A stretch of DNA of 64,000 nucleotides from Lingula anatina (lineage: Eukaryota; Animalia; Brachiopoda): assembly GCA_051362555.1 (NCBI GenBank), contig CM120641.1:29828401-29892400 (forward strand), written 5' to 3'. A program made the translations under genes and the position numbers. Numbering within the stretch: the stretch's first letter is position 1; the number at the start of each line of letters is the position of its first letter. The notes under the pieces were generated by a model that was not told the origin of the DNA, did no database searches, and saw only the letters and a program-made list of their open reading frames with translations. This document shows positions 50,501-63,637 of this stretch, one piece after another.

Positions 50501-53192
50501 TTTCACTGTATTTAATTGGACTTGATCAAATCTGGTAGACTCAGGAATCAGGGATTGGCTAGAGTATTTTATATGTAGTACATTTTATAATATGCATTGA
50601 TCATACAAAAAAACTTTCATACATATAATCTACAAAAACAACAGCTAAAGAATTTTGAGCTGAAAAATATTGACAATTCCAAGTTTTGGACATTGTGTTT
50701 CCTGTTTCTGAGGTAGCAAAATTAACAGTTCAAAGGAGCATTGCATTATTGATTGTTAAACATTAACACTTAAGGGTGCATTTTTGGACAGTTTCCTGTG
50801 AAAATTAACCCATGCCCGGACCCACCAACCTTTATCATCCTTTCCTGACACTTGCCATAACTCTTTGACAAACTGGGGAAATTAAAAAGTCCTTACTCAC
50901 ACTTAAATGATAGTTTTCTGAATTCTGTCATCTCTTCAAGGTTCTGTGCAATTCGGAAATGTGTCAAGATGGTTGATGGGCTGTGAGGTTCAACCGGGAG
51001 GGGGGAATTTTAATTATTTTTGCAACTATTAATTTATGGCAATAATCATGTTAAAATATGATCAAAAAGTATATCTTGTCCACAGATAAGCTCTACAAGA
51101 AGTGTTATTTGTACATAATGAGTATTTAAAACCCTGCACTTTTTCACTTTCACCAGATGTATAGTAAAGTTGCATAAAAAAACCAAAGTGAAAAAAAAAA
51201 AAGGATATATTAGTAAGTGGTATCTATCAGGGCTTTTCTGTAGTTTTGTAAAATGTGCTTTGTTGTATGATGTTCACTTTAATGGTCAGTATGTATTTAA
51301 TTAAAACTACTTTGTGAAGAGTGAATGATAAATTTCAATTCTTTATGCACGGACACAGTGTGTCTGTATATATAGCCATCACCTGTCTGTCATTGTCTGC
51401 TATGAAATTTTAAAATATATAATACAGTTAACTAGCATGACCTCATTGTCACATCATTACACAATGTATCATGTATAATACAGATGGTTTTCTTGAAGTT
51501 GCAAGAGGGGTGGGGGGCATTGGATCAAGAAAGCAACTATGTATTTTACTCAGATGCATGAAATGTTCATATTATTTAGCGTGATCTGTGCATGAAGCAC
51601 CCCATTCCCATGACTTGTGAACAACTGTTCACTTTTGCCAAAACATGGAATTTCCTTAGGTAAACCATAATTTATCCCTTAATAACCAATCCGATTAATG
51701 AATCTGTTAACGTATCCGATCCGATATTCAAAGTTTGTCCTTGTTTTTTTTTATTTTTTAACATTTGGTTTTTTGTATAAGAGATTATTACAAAGGGGCA
51801 GCCATTGCTAGCTTCCGACATCTGTATTATACATGGCACAGGGCTTCTGTACAATACATATTTTATCTGTACCACAATGGTGGTCAAAATAAAGTTCACA
51901 GACATTTAGAATCGGCCCAAGGCTTAGCGGATATCGCTCCCGGAGCAACTTGGGTTTGTAGGAGCATTTGTGCTTGGTGCGAAATTCATGTTGGTGTTAA
52001 ACCTTATTGGTAGCCATCAATAGAAACCTTAACCAGAACAAATACAGAAATATTCCGAAAACCAACTGCCTTCCATTTGTTAGAAACCTGTCAGGAAGAA
52101 TACCTTGCTGCTTCAGAGCCCTGGAAGCAGCCAGATGAGGGCAGATGCACCACTGACCATTGCTGACTAGACACTGTTATTACTTTTTCACAGATGACAA
52201 TTTAAAAAAATGGAGATTGAAATGCTTTTAAAGGTTGATGTATGACATAGAATCAGCCGTGTGTTTTTGATTGTATAATTAGGTGAATTCAATTAAAGAG
52301 CTGATGTCACAATTAAAAGTTATTAAAACAAGACATAAACCCTAGTATTCATTTTCAAGTCAGACAAGTAGGAAAAGACTAAAAAAATTATTTGGAAAAA
52401 ATAGTCAAATGTCAAGTCTGTATATAACATATGTTGAATGAATATATAAAAATAGTATTAAAATAGAGTTGATAGCATTAAAAAACTGGCTTAGATTCTG
52501 TATTGCATATTCACTCACAATTCATGAAATGGAAAGAAAAGTATTTTATTGTAATAGCATCAGACAGTACAGCATGTAGTCACAAACATACATGTCAATC
52601 AAAAGGATTAAAAGTGAAATTTGAGATTATTAATCTCAGTACATCTTTTTTACTATTAAAACTTAATAAAATGATGCAAATAGTACACTGATATTTCAAC
52701 TCTTTTCTATTATCAAATGGTACGATGCATGAATTTATAATTATACTATAAACTTACAATGCTTTAAAGCTTATCATAACAATCACACATTATTTTACAT
52801 TACTTGCACATTACTCTAATGAAGGAGCAGTCACTGAATTGATAATTTACCTTCAGAAAAGTTTTCACCAGGTATATTTCTTTTAAATCGAAATGCATAC
52901 AACACCAGACTTCAAATATGAATTTCTTTAATAATCCCTGGGAACATATATTAACCAACACCACTCAGTCATTAAAGATGTCAAGTTGGAACTTTCGAAG
53001 ATTTACTTCCTAAACCTCTACTGTATAACTATATTATTAGAATTTGATGTCTGCAGCTGTTAGAATAGATCCCAATTCATTACATCATTTTACCAATAGT
53101 GGTTAATTTAAATTAACAAAATATATATAAACAATATTCTCAAGGTGTCTGACTCAACTAAATAGATGCCCTATAGACAAACATTAAGTTTG

Positions 53193-54884
53193 CTATTCAC
53201 ACATTATTGTAAGTTTACTGTCGTTATCATCACTTTCATTGCCATCCATTTCCATGATCGGATCAATGGACTGAGCGTGTGTTGTTTCTGCAATACTACT
53301 AGCAGTTGTTATATGAACTTGCTCATCTGCATGTAAATCATGCAAACTCATGTTTCCTGCCATTTCCTCGTGATCTAAAGTCAAGTGTAAGTCACTCTGG
53401 TATATGATTTCTTCTTTGCCTCCCTGAGTACCATGGTAGCTGGTAGTTAAACTGGACATCTCTTGAGGCTGGGTCAGCACTACCACATTAGCACCAGAAG
53501 TGTGGGTGGGTAGTGTAGAACTCATGCATTCATCATTGCCCAAAACTTCTACAAATACAGATTAAAAGACAACAGTAGCACCTCTTTGAACAAATGGCAA
53601 AACTGACCTCACATGATGATACGTATGCAGACATTTAACAAAGCAATTTGTAGAAAAAAGATTCTATGACACTTTAGGCAAACTGGACTGGGAAAGAGTT
53701 GAATCGGAAATAATCCAATCAGGTCAATTATAATTTCAAAGGCAAGTTGCAATTTAGTCCTGAGGAACATTTTTGTAAATTTGAGAATAACACGTAAAAG
53801 GTTTTTCCTTTAATGGCATTTACAAGGTGATGCCAACACTGACAGACAGGACATGCTCAAGAGATGGTATATAGTCAAGACACATAGCATCTGCCCACCC
53901 TCTAGTAAAACTCTTTTTACCTTCTGTGCCAAGGATATTATTCTGTAGGTCTAAATCTCCTTCTGGTTGAGTTGTGACAGCTACAACATCTTTTGTTACT
54001 GCATGAGGAAATATTATGGACTCACATGGACTGCCATGAAGATCTGAAATTTTATCAGTAAAGGATAAGCTATAATCAGTTCAATAACATTTCAATCAAA
54101 AAGAACACAATGAATTTATTTGTAGGGCTGTTTGAAAATGTGCACGAAGATGTATGCTGACAATTATATTTACAGCTTTCCAAATCTACAAATCTCAAAA
54201 CAGGAATATGGCATGGTAATGACTTTTTTCTGTAGGATAATATGATTCTTACCTGGGTTGCCAAACTGATATAAGTCATCTTGATTTTGCTGAATAAACA
54301 AAACATTTTGGCAACTGTCCATTCCATCATCCTGCTGAGCAATGGTGCTGGATTTACTGGGCCTGCCCTTTTTCAACGATTTGGACAAGAGGTGTCCCTT
54401 CATGTGAACATTTCTACTGCCACTTTGAGAAAATGACTTGTCACACAGTTCACACATATACATTTTCTTCCCTATGAAGAAATGATGTTCATTATTCTTC
54501 TTGTATATGAATCTTAAAAGCATGCAATACATTATCCATGAATTTTTACAGATATCATACTACACCTAAACATTAGCCATTCATCACTTCTTTATCATCT
54601 AAATGAGAGCAATTTTCTAAAGTATATTCAAGGACATTTGTATACATGGTTCAGACAATTTTATTCTTATGTAAGTTACATATATCCTGCATGTGCTTAC
54701 CTGAATGAGTGAAAAGATGTTTCTTTAAACTTGATTGCTCAGCAAAGCTTCTATTGCAACCGCTTACATTGCAGATAAATGGTCTTTCACCTACAATGAA
54801 GTGTTTATTTGGTAACAATAACAATTCACATCAAGACCAGTAAAATTTAGCCAAAACAATGAACTTAGAAAACATGCTGTTAAC

Positions 54885-54943
<59 letters not shown>

Positions 54944-57900
54944 TCAAATGTACAGACAAATGCAGAAAATAATGATGCACGAAATAGGTTACTTTGTCAA
55001 TTTTGATGCAATAATACATTATGCTGTACAGCAAAACCAACACCAAATTTAAATTATGCACAACAGTTAACAGGAATATTAGGAATATGTAATTAGCGTA
55101 AAGCTTCAGCCACATGAAAGTTCAAATCCACACACTGAAAATGAGAGAATGAATAAAATTTCACAAAAAGAGCATCAATTGGAAAAAAATCCAAACAAGC
55201 TGATGTTCCAATATTTGAGCTATATGGATATCCTAAGAATCATTTTTGAGCTAACATGGTTTTCCTTTCATAGCTTTTGTGGTGGCAGTCTTTTTTTTTT
55301 TTTTTTTTTTTAATTTTAATGCAATATATCAAATTGTGGGAGGCCAGAATCTATTGTCAAGTATGGTATTCACTTGACAATAGATTCTGGCCTCCCACAA
55401 TATATCAAATTGTGGGAGGCCAGAATCTATTGTCAAGCGAATACCATACTTGATCTGCAGACTAGTTAGTGAGTGGATCAACTGGTTCTAAACAGACCCA
55501 TTGCCCATACATAGAAATGTTAGATGCGGTGTCTGCATGTAGTGTTGCTACTTTTTCTACCTTTCTTTTCTTTTCTATAAACTAATAGAAAATATGCTGA
55601 TCTTTCCCTACAGAACCCCTACCTGTATGTACCCTCATATGGTTTTTCAAATTCCCTGCTGTAGAAAAAGACTTGTCACAGCCCTCCTCTGGGCACACAT
55701 AGGGCTTCTCACCAGTATGAGATCTCATATGCACCCCAAGACTCTGGGAAGTGTAAAATTGTTTGCCACAGCCATCATAATTGCACCTGTAATTGCGTTG
55801 ACCCCTATAATAAAAATAAGTGTGAAGATTTTGATTCACCAAATTTTCTTAATGTTATGTTGAGATAAATGATCAATGTTGCTAATTATAAATAAAACAA
55901 ATTTAAATAGATTGGATACTACCAATTTCAGAAAGAATTGGAGCAGAACGCCTTGTCTAAACAAGGCCGCAAAGCTGTCAAATGTACAGACACAAAGAAG
56001 AAAACACTGATGGTAGAGCGTATGATACTGTAAAATGTACAATATATAAAAATATTCATAATGCTCTTTAAATATTGTTTTTATTTATCCATTAATCTAT
56101 TTTATTATTTATTTTATTAATCTTATATTAAAAGAAGAGTATGATCTTTATACATATTTTTCTTCTCTTCTATTTGACTCGGTAGTGGGATTTGACCTGA
56201 CACATGCCTATGCCTATGTTGTACATTATTTTTTTCTATGTAACTGTGATATATATTTATTTATCTATTTATTTGTGTAATTGTAGTTCTATGATTATAT
56301 CACTTGATAATACCACCAAATATATTATGGTTTATATCATTAATTTTTTTCTACAAATTGACTACAGTTTTCAAAATTTCTTTGACTTTGACTACAAATG
56401 AAAAGCTTATTTTTTTAAAAGATAATGCTGGTTCGAATTCTTTTCTCCAAAAATATCCTTAAATAGCTGCTAAAATTGGTTTATTCACTGTTCAATTCTG
56501 ACGTTTCTTGTGGGGATTTCCCAAGGAGAGAATCCAAGAGGACAAGGTCAAATGCACCTCATCTGAGGATCAGAAGTGATCCTATCTACTGCCAACCAAG
56601 ACTCGTTAACCAATGATCTGTAAATATCCAAACAAAATGAAATGCCAGGGGCTATTTAATACATTCATCTTTGAATACTATTCAAAAATTTGTTTTGCGT
56701 GTGCATAGGTGTGAGTGGGTGCAAATATTTACATTCGTTGCTGACTGTGGCATCAGAAACTTTTCTGATTATCTGCATTCACCTCCCATCAGTTAAACGC
56801 ATCTTGAAAGTTGGCATAAATGCCTTGCAACTATTATACATTTCTGACATGCATTCTCAGTTGAGTATAATGAACTTGTGAGTTGCAAAGACTGTTATCA
56901 CTTGCCCCATTAGAATTTTGATCCATGAGGTAATGCTGCTTGTACCAATAAGGCTTGCACAAAATCCACATCCTTTGGTGGAGAAATTGACTGACTGACA
57001 AGTCTCTTGAAATTATATTAACTTCAGAGCCTCCTTTGTTTCAGCATATGTGCAGTGCTTAAAGCTGTACTTCCATTCATTAAGATTACTCATAACTAGC
57101 ATGTTTGTTTGATATGATTTAAATGATACAAGTAAGCGTACAAATTTTTAGACTGTGTGCATCAGCACAACATACAATTACCAAGCTGGTATTTGAACTT
57201 GATCTGTATTTTAGTGCCATAAATCAATCCGGAAATTTTAATTTCTATTCGGATATTTAATCTGTGCCTAAGCACTTAACTTTTGTGATAATTAAGCTAA
57301 TAAATTTAAAATATCTTGAAAAAATGCATACGTATGGGTCAACATGTGGTATCTGAGATGAGCAGGCCATGCAAACTTCCGACCACAGCCTTCAAAGCTG
57401 CATTCTAATACCCTTTCTCCATTGTGTGAGAGCTGATGTTGTCGTAAGTATCCCATAGTGGTGAAGGTGCGACCACAGTCATCAAAACCACAGACAAAAC
57501 ACTTGTCTGTAAAATAACAAGAATTAAAAGGATTAATGCTAAGAAGAGTAATTCTTAATGATACTGTATTAATTCTGACATATTACTTAACTTGTAACAT
57601 TACAACCAGATGTTGAAAACTGGTCTCTTTACTGTGAATAGGAGTCAAAACCTAAAATATGACATAAACATACCATGACGTATAAATAATAAGTATCTAT
57701 CATGATCATTTAAAAAAATTAGCTAAGATGCAATTTTTACCTGCTTTTTTGCCTTTATGCTTAGCACCAAAGTTTTTCCTTTTTGCTTGCTTATTTTGTA
57801 TTTTGACCAATTTATCCACAGACTGACTTGTATCAAAAATGACCTTAGCTTCCACTATTCCTTTAGCTGGATTGTTTGCAAGCACTAATACTGGTCTCCC

Positions 57901-59543
57901 TTGATTTGGTCCCATACTCACAAGTTTACTGTGCAAATCTTGCATGTTGACATAGTACATGCCTTGTTCATGCAAATTAATAGGGATATGTTTATCGGTA
58001 ATGCTAGTTATGCCATTGATCCCTTCTAGAGGCAAAAGGGAAGTGTCAAGGTTTTCTTCAAGCCCATTAACAGTTTCTGTACATTCAGTTTGCAAGGAAT
58101 TGCTACTGAACACATGTTGATCAATTGTTCCTTCTCCTTCTTTGTCTTGGTCATGAAACAGGTGTGCATGCATGATGCTTTCCATGTCTGGTGTGCTAGA
58201 TGCTGACCCTGATGCACCAGCTCTGGTTAAAAATATGCTACTATCAAACGTGTGTTCCATTTTGTTTGAACAATCAGGGAGTTCGGAATAGGAAACGCTG
58301 TTGCTGCATTGACCTCTACAAGCATCTTCACTTGTATTAATACTTTCATCCGTCACCAGACATAAAGACTGGTGTCCACTTGCTGAGCTCATTATGCTAT
58401 TTTGGCTTGCTGGAACCTGAAAAAGTGAACTTGTGAAATTAAAGATGCACAGTGTAAGATTTCCCATGGAAAGCTTGTACTTCCCAAATTTTCCTGGGCT
58501 AGGAGGTGTTTTCTCTAACCATCCTCAGATTGCCCTTCCTAACACTCACCATAACTTTGAAACAATCTGAGAAAGTTAATAAGTCCTTAATCATTAAATG
58601 GGGGGTTGGGGTGGAGATGAAGGGAGGCCAGAGACTGACTCATTTATATACCCTTTCCCTTGGGGAATGGTATTTAAAACTACCCCTAGAGGAACTTCCA
58701 ACATTCAACAATCACAGTATGTGGCTTTTGTCTTCTGTATTAATATTCTTGATATACACCACATTTCACATTTATACAGCAATCCACTACTGAGCAAGAC
58801 TAAAAAAAGTGGCATTTCTTTACCAAAATGGCCCTGAACTAGCGTAAGGCTTTAATGTTAAGAATCGGTCCCACCGCGACGTAACTAACACAAATTAGAT
58901 CAAATTACAATTAGATGCAAAAACTGATATCAAACTAATTCTTTAAAAAACATCTTTAAGTTCAGACGACGTTGGTATGCCCATCGACTTACACGTCATT
59001 ATTCCGACTTTTGCAATACATTGCAACATATATATTTTTTTCTCGTGCGAACTTGTACTTGCTGCTCGTTTTGCCGTCTGCACTGCTGAGCATTATGGGG
59101 TGGACATATTTAATAACCGGAATATTTGATAGGTGGCGCACTTGTCAAACGGAAACAAACGAAAAGCAACTTATTTACTTATTATTTGAGTTGGTTAATA
59201 CATGTACATTTTTTCAACAAAATAGTATACTCATAATCCACAAGGAAAATGTTGAGTGAAAGTATCCGATAATCTAAACAATAGGGCCTCTGCTAATCTG
59301 TGGAGATTTCCACTACGGAACTGCCCGAACTTAAACGACATGGCGGCTTCTTACCAGTTTGAACCGGTTACTTAGATTGCCGTTTTTAGCATTGAAAAAT
59401 CGAGGGAGAAGCGTGAACAATAGTGACGGAGGTAAGTCTTAATATTTCCGTTAGTATAATGCACAGAAGTAATTTTGAGTGGACAAGGGTCTCTTGCATG
59501 CATCAAAAATGCTGTATGTTACCGATTTCATGGGCGCCGCCAT
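53193..59543 (-). CDS. ZNF410: C2H2 zinc finger transcription factor, ZNF410 orthologue
   Basis: Exons: candidate first exon 59543-59523 (MAAPMKS, phase 0; otherwise the start is the ATG at 58392), then 58416-57741, 57506-57332, 55804-55623, 54790-54701, 54471-54253, 54043-53921, 53548-53193. Finger helices [29 protein letters not shown] and [11 protein letters not shown] match recalled human ZNF410 ([36 protein letters not shown]). Confidence 0.9.
54888..54939. repeat. (GA)n microsatellite
   Basis: Uninterrupted GA run. Confidence 0.95.
55322..55453. repeat. Direct-inverted-direct triplication of a 29-bp arm
   Basis: attgtgggaggccagaatctattgtcaag at 55333-55361 (+), 55373-55401 (reverse complement) and 55409-55437 (+). 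Confidence 0.93.
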
Positions 59544-59960
59544 CTTGATTTTCCTTGGCGGGGATAACAAAGTGTTCAACGTGAATCCACCCTTCCTGAC
59601 ATTGGCATTGTTCAATATGTCATGTATGTTGTGTTGTGAGAAGCATGAAATAAGTACGTGGCGCACATATTATGTACGTGACGTACGTGTTATTCTTTCA
59701 CAGATCATCTCCTCTGAGTTATATGTCATGATAATATGTTCACGTTCGTCGTCACGTATGAAAACGAAATTACTGGATTACGAAAGACATGTGAATGTTA
59801 CCATTCAATCAGTTCCCTGTGACGTCATGTTTTCTTGGCAGATGGCCGACAAAAAATGTCTGTTGAAATTACCGGCAAAAGTCATTTATATTATGTATAC
59901 AAGTAAGGGATGGACTGTAAAAATTTGCCAGTAACTAAGAATACTTTGATTGGACGTGTG
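58860..59960. promoter_or_regulatory. CpG-enriched 5' regulatory region of ZNF410, with YY1 and CRE motifs
   Basis: YY1-type ACATGGCGGC at 59338-59347 (+), GCCGCCATCTTG at 59536-59547 (-), TGACGTCA at 59820-59827, and many ACGT cores. Confidence 0.55.
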
Positions 59961-61018
59961 AAATTTCTTAAATCCCCAGAGAGCAAATCTTTAAAGAATA
60001 TTGTGAAGATAAATGGTGTATTTTGTTTGGTTCCCGACCAAGAAAATTACATTAATTGTGTATTCTAAACTACCTTCATTATTGTAGAACCCAAGAGTAC
60101 CATATTAAATCCAGAACTTCATATGTGTATGATTAATATAGATATATGGCCAGTGCAGTCCACTATCTGGGTTATAAACTGATTTCAAAACTAAATTAAA
60201 AAAAAGCAAATTTAAAAAGAGGTGTGTGTGTTGGGGGTGGGGGGCTTTCCATTTTAATTAGTGTGTGAATAAGAGAGGGGGGTATAATCATCATGGGCTG
60301 TCACTTATTAAGAGTATGGCACAGCAACTTTTCTCATGGGAGACACAGGATCCTCCACGGGAGACTTTACGAAAGGTGTTGGACCATATCAGTCATGCCT
60401 GAAAAATTTTTTTCTTGATCTAGTAAAAGAACCTGTATTGTTGTTTCTTATGTCCAACAAGTTTTCAAGGTTACTTGGGATGTGAAAATGAAAGGAAAGC
60501 TTTTTTTGTTTCTATTTTTGGCGATACATTTTACTTCACTTTTTTTTTATTGACTTTTTTGCTGTTTCTCTTTTCAGTTGTGTGTATGGCTAGGCCTTTT
60601 ATTTAGAAAAATGGCGTTGTTGAACATGAAATACTTATTTAGTAACACAGTGTGAAAAATAAAAAGTGGCAGAGAAATAGATTGATCAGAATTAAATAAA
60701 AACTTGAAAGAAGGTAGGCCCTGACTGTCTTATAATCCAGAAGAGAGGAAAATGTTCTGCACTGAGTTTCAGGAGTACCATAGCTATCATTATATCAACA
60801 GCAACATAAGTCTAACTGCTTTATTATGGGTTATGAAAATTTCCGAACATCTGCTTCTGCATATATATGCACTGTTCATGGGCCACTGTTCATGATGATG
60901 AGTTGGCCTAAGTGCCCATGAAAGTTCAGAGTTTGATTTTCTTTCTTCCGGAAAAGAAAACAAATGAAGAGAGAATTCAGTCTCAGGCTGGTCAGTCCAT
61001 ATCAAAACTTCAGTTGAT

Positions 61019-62627
61019 CAGACATGCTGAAAACTTTTCAGAACTGCCGGACATTCGGACCGGCAGTGATGAAAACTTTGCCGGACCGAATGGACTTTTG
61101 CCGGACCGAAAATGTCCATTCAATAATGGAAACGTTTTGTTTGCATAGTAGTACACAGAAGTAACTCTTGTAAATACATATTCAGTAATACTATTAAATA
61201 ATTTGGACATGTTGTAAATTTAAAAAAAAACAAAAACACACACTTGTGAAGCACTGCTTTTTTGTTGTATTCATTTCACAAGTTCCAGGGTTCATACAGG
61301 CCTTAAGAAGAGCTTGATTTTGATTCTTCCTTTGAAAGTCCTTGAATTTCACACTTAGTCCTTTGTCCTTTAATTCAATAGTGCACGTACGGCTTAAAGA
61401 AATTCATCATATATTTCACATCCCTGTCATAAATTTAGGTTAATTGTAAATTTTATCATGATCAATTTCTCAAAAAAATTAATATTGTTTCAAATTGAAA
61501 TGAATTTGATAAAAAATTAAATGAAAAAACTCATTTCCACTGTTCAACAGTAGCAAAAATTGCTCTTGGTCAATTTCTCCTTTCCTTGAAAATAATTTGC
61601 AAATTTTGATGCTACACAAACAGTAAAGATTGTAGTCCGAATGGGAGTGCCAATGCATGAAACATGCTAGCCACTTCACTGTATCTGTCTCATCTGCATG
61701 GAAACGAACGGCTTCCTGGTCAGGACTCGACGATATCATAATCTAAAATAATAAAAATGTACATACTGATAATATGAAAACTGTAACTGGTACTGGTAAC
61801 AGGTATCGCGTTTATGCTTACGGGATATTTAAAATCTGTGAACCATTATGTTCATACATTAGGTTCGAGGAAGCGACCGAACTGTCAAACTTTTTTTACG
61901 TAAAACGTCGCAATGCGGAAGGCACTGCCGCGTATTAGCTGAATGCAAACGAAAGTACCCATTAGTTAAATATCGTTACAATCACCATTGATTACGCATA
62001 ATATTCAGTCCTATAATTCTGAAATCGTTTTTACTGAGTGAATCGGGTGACCTCATTTCCATGTAGGCTACTATCAACGCTTTTTTCTCCCTAAAAGAAC
62101 GGATAACGATGTATACGTACCTTCGAAGGTCAGGCCTCATTATCCTTGGTTCCTATATGAATAATTGTTCTTGAGAAAGGAGTCAGGCGTCCAAGTTAAG
62201 CAGTAAACATTTTTCCTGCATGTTTACATGCGCTTGGCAGCGTGGACCGCCCTCGTGATAGCTGTCTGTGTGTCGCGGCCAATATACCAATGACGGGGCG
62301 CGTAATTATCGAGAGCAGGGGGATTCCCCATGGGGAAGAACCCATTCGTTTGAGAGAGGGATAATACGATTGGCTAGCGTACTTTGTAAGTGAATGTGAC
62401 CGAAATGTGGTCATTTTTACGTGTCACTAGATTAGTAAATGGAAGAAAAAATGATGTGGATTTTATATAATTTTATTTCTGAAGCACATCGAACGCTAAC
62501 TGTTAATTCAAAATGGCGGCTCTTAAAACTCTTGTCGGTCCTTTGGACCGACAAAGTACAATATTTTACCGGTCCAGACAAATTTTGCCGGTCATGACCG
62601 ATCGGACCGACAGTTTCAGCATGTCTG
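61019..62627. mobile_element. Non-autonomous hAT-like DNA transposon with a 6-bp TSD
   Basis: Perfect 14-bp TIR CAGACATGCTGAAA / TTTCAGCATGTCTG. GTTGAT on both flanks (61013-61018, 62628-62633). Subterminal ccggac/ggacc repeats at both ends. Confidence 0.85.
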
Positions 62628-62764
62628 GTTGATTGAAAGAGACTGCCTTACTATGCTGTTTCACAATGCACAAATGATATGTTATTGTCAAGCACACAGG
62701 TTAAATAGTTTTTTGATATTCAGACATTTTTATGGACAGACGCTTCTATTTTCTGGCTACCCCT

Positions 62765-63637
62765 GTTCTTCATTCTTCAAAATTATTTTGGTCCTTGTGA
62801 CATTCTACAATGCACATTTCGTTAAGTAATAAACAACTTTTCTTGTACATAAAATTTCCTGTGTTAAATTTGTTACAAAGCGTATAAAATATATAGAAAA
62901 TACTTTATTTTAGTTTATTTTCTATGATTGAAACAATATAAAGGGGCCCGCACACGGTGAGCATTTGGCGCGCGCCACTTGCGCTGCGCCAGATGCTCAC
63001 GCTCCTCAGCTCCCCGCAAACGATGCGCTCTTTGCTCAGCAGAGGTGCCTCCCGGCCTGCCCCTAGCGGACGCACTGTGAACTGTGGGATCATGTGTTTA
63101 AGGAAACATTACATATTGTTGTTTTTTCTGATAGTAATGGATAATGGTGACCACGTTTATCAATCAGACTAACTATAACTGTGTACATTTTTGTTGACTT
63201 TGCTGGGGGCTGCCATTTTTGTTTGTTTCCGGCTATTGGCACATGCGCATTGTTAGCATGGCGTAAGCAATCGGTGCTTGCACACCACACACGCTGAGAC
63301 ATTTGCCTCAAGAGACCAAAAAAATCAAACGTGAGAAATTTTGCTCAGCCGCGCGTGAGGCAAAAATCTCACCAAAATACCCCCGCACGCGATGAGAAAA
63401 CGGCGCAGCGCAAGTGGCGCGCACCAAATGCTCACCGTGTGCGGGCCCCTTAAAATACAACTGAAAACAATTTGTCACATTTCATTCTTCTGTTGTATTT
63501 TGGTCCTTGTGTCATTCTACAACCCACATTTCATCAAGTAATCATGGAATTAATTTTTTCTTTCTGTAGATTGTTATAAAGTGTATGAAATACAGAAAAC
63601 ACTTTATTTTAGTTTAATTTTCTCGGATTGAAAACAA
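62765..63637. repeat. Diverged ~170-bp direct repeat flanking the Harbinger MITE
   Basis: ttcattcttc...tattttggtccttgtg(a/t)cattctacaa...actttattttagttta...gattgaaa at ~62769-62936 and ~63481-63637. Confidence 0.8.
62942..63450. mobile_element. PIF/Harbinger (Tourist-like) MITE, 509 bp
   Basis: ~50-bp TIR aggggcccgcacacggtgagcatttgg...gcgctgcgcc with one mismatch. TAA at 62939-62941 and 63451-63453. Confidence 0.9.

Noticed and set aside
59479-59934. 151-aa plus-strand ORF
   Set aside because: Starts at GTG, has no recognisable domain and overlaps the regulatory region; probably incidental.
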